64,000 nucleotides of DNA from a bacterium (lineage in GTDB: Bacteria > Krumholzibacteriota > Krumholzibacteriia > LZORAL124-64-63). Position numbers and translations under genes: made by a program. This document shows positions 62,861-64,000 of this stretch, piece after piece; position 1 is the stretch's first letter, and each line of letters starts with the position of its first letter. The DNA is taken from NCBI GenBank assembly GCA_031441465.1, contig JANOEP010000011.1, positions 74,557 through 138,556 of the forward strand, in the 5' to 3' direction. The notes under the pieces are model-generated. The model did no database searches and was not told the origin of the DNA. It was given only the letters and a program-made list of their open reading frames with translations.

Positions 62861-64000
62861 TCAGGGATCCAGCCGGAACGTGGCGAACAGCTCGACGCCC
62901 TCGAACGCCGGCTCGTACTTGCAGACTCCCCCCGCGCAGACGTAACCGCCGAGCCGCTTGCCCGCCCACAGGGACAGCAGCGAGCCGTCCGTCAGCGTCC
63001 GGACGGCCTGCACGGCGGGGTAGGGGCCGGCCCCTTCCAGGAACTCGCGCTGCGCGACGTACTTGTTGTTCGCCTCGATCATGGCGGTCAGGGTCCAGCG
63101 CGTTGCGCGCGCGTACTCCAGCGTGAAGAATTGCCGGTCGAAGGCGCCGAGGCCGCCCGACGCCGTGCCGGTGTCCTCGACGTGCTGGTGCTCCGCCTTC
63201 AGCGACCAGGAGTCGCGGGAGGTCGCGTACCAGATCGCTTCGCCGACCAGCGTGGTGTAGGTCTCGTCGCGCAGCAGGCCCTTGCTGTAGACGTCGCGCA
63301 GGTCGAGACCGGCGCGCACCATGATCGGCCCCCAGTCCTGCCGCTGGACCTGCGCGTAATGCTCACGGAAGTGGCGCACCCCCGCCTGGCTCTCGATGCG
63401 GCTGGCGTTGACCAGCGCGTTCCAGCCGCCCGGCCCGGCCCAGGAGGCCTCGGCCTGCCAGCCGCGCTCGTCGTCGGCGTCGCGCAGGTAGGGGTTGCGG
63501 TTCAGCAGGTTGTAGAGGTGCTCGCGCGTCAGCGACGGCGGGTTGTTCAGCGCCATGCGGCCGTCCGCTCCGTCCAGGATGGTGAAACGCTCGTAGTCCA
63601 TGAACTCGCACGACAGGCTCAGCGGGCCGGTCGCCCCGGCGGCGCCCGCGTAGAGACCGTGGCCCCAGAATTCCTTCCAGTCGCCGGCGCCGTCGTCGCC
63701 CCAGGTGCGCTGCGATGCGAACTCCGCGTAGAGGCTGCCGCCGCCGCGGGTGAGCGCGGTCCGACCGGAGACGGCGTAGTCCCGCAGCAGCGCGCCGTCG
63801 CGCACGGGGGTCGCGGGCCCGGCCCAGGTCAGCGCCGACGCGCCCAGGGTCGCGCCGCTCAACGGGTCGGCTTCGACGTCGAGGCCGCGCACGTCCAGGT
63901 CGAGGGCGCGCGGGGCGCCGGTGAAGGTGGCGGCACGCCAACGGTCGCCGCGCAGGCGGACCAGCAGGCCGTCGAGCGCCGTGTCGATGCGCAGCGTGCG
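62861..64000 (-). CDS. DUF6029-like outer-membrane protein, 5' end outside the window
   Basis: Frame stays open to the window edge (RTLRIDTALDG..); NNPPSL, DERGWQ, C-terminal GGYVCAGGVCKYEPAF. Confidence 0.7.
   Translation of the reverse strand, partial: RTLRIDTALDGLLVRLRGDRWRAATFTGAPRALDLDVRGLDVEADPLSGATLGASALTWAGPATPVRDGALLRDYAVSGRTALTRGGGSLYAEFASQRTWGDDGAGDWKEFWGHGLYAGAAGATGPLSLSCEFMDYERFTILDGADGRMALNNPPSLTREHLYNLLNRNPYLRDADDERGWQAEASWAGPGGWNALVNASRIESQAGVRHFREHYAQVQRQDWGPIMVRAGLDLRDVYSKGLLRDETYTTLVGEAIWYATSRDSWSLKAEHQHVEDTGTASGGLGAFDRQFFTLEYARATRWTLTAMIEANNKYVAQREFLEGAGPYPAVQAVRTLTDGSLLSLWAGKRLGGYVCAGGVCKYEPAFEGVELFATFRLDP

Overview
A high-GC, gene-dense bacterial chromosomal window with about 60 CDS and no rRNA, tRNA or CRISPR array that I can see. 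Four secreted proteins with FlgD-Ig/T9SS-like C-terminal domains and one ending in 'STWGGIKAIYR' suggest an FCB-group lineage such as Krumholzibacteriota/Latescibacterota (inference). Ordinary content covers central carbon metabolism (tkt-like, gap, pckA, eukaryotic-type citrate synthase), cysK/cysE, peptidases, tRNA/rRNA modification, and B12 uptake (a cobalamin riboswitch-led TonB receptor operon plus a separate BtuCDF-like ABC transporter). Highlights: (1) a six-heme cytochrome that aligns end to end with the Geobacter nanowire protein OmcS, including the inter-subunit His16; (2) a second cytochrome with at least 13 hemes, missed by the ORF track, beside a His-rich membrane protein; (3) a GAPDH paralogue lacking its catalytic Cys and substrate-binding residues, translationally coupled to a canonical GAPDH; (4) a hidden SelW/Rdx selenoprotein (CxxU) with a SECIS-like hairpin; (5) two diverged 1218-bp copies of an atypical IS1-like element with a DD-N triad and terminal hairpins; (6) a 125-bp MITE-like element. 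All family assignments come from motif recognition by eye; no database searches were run.
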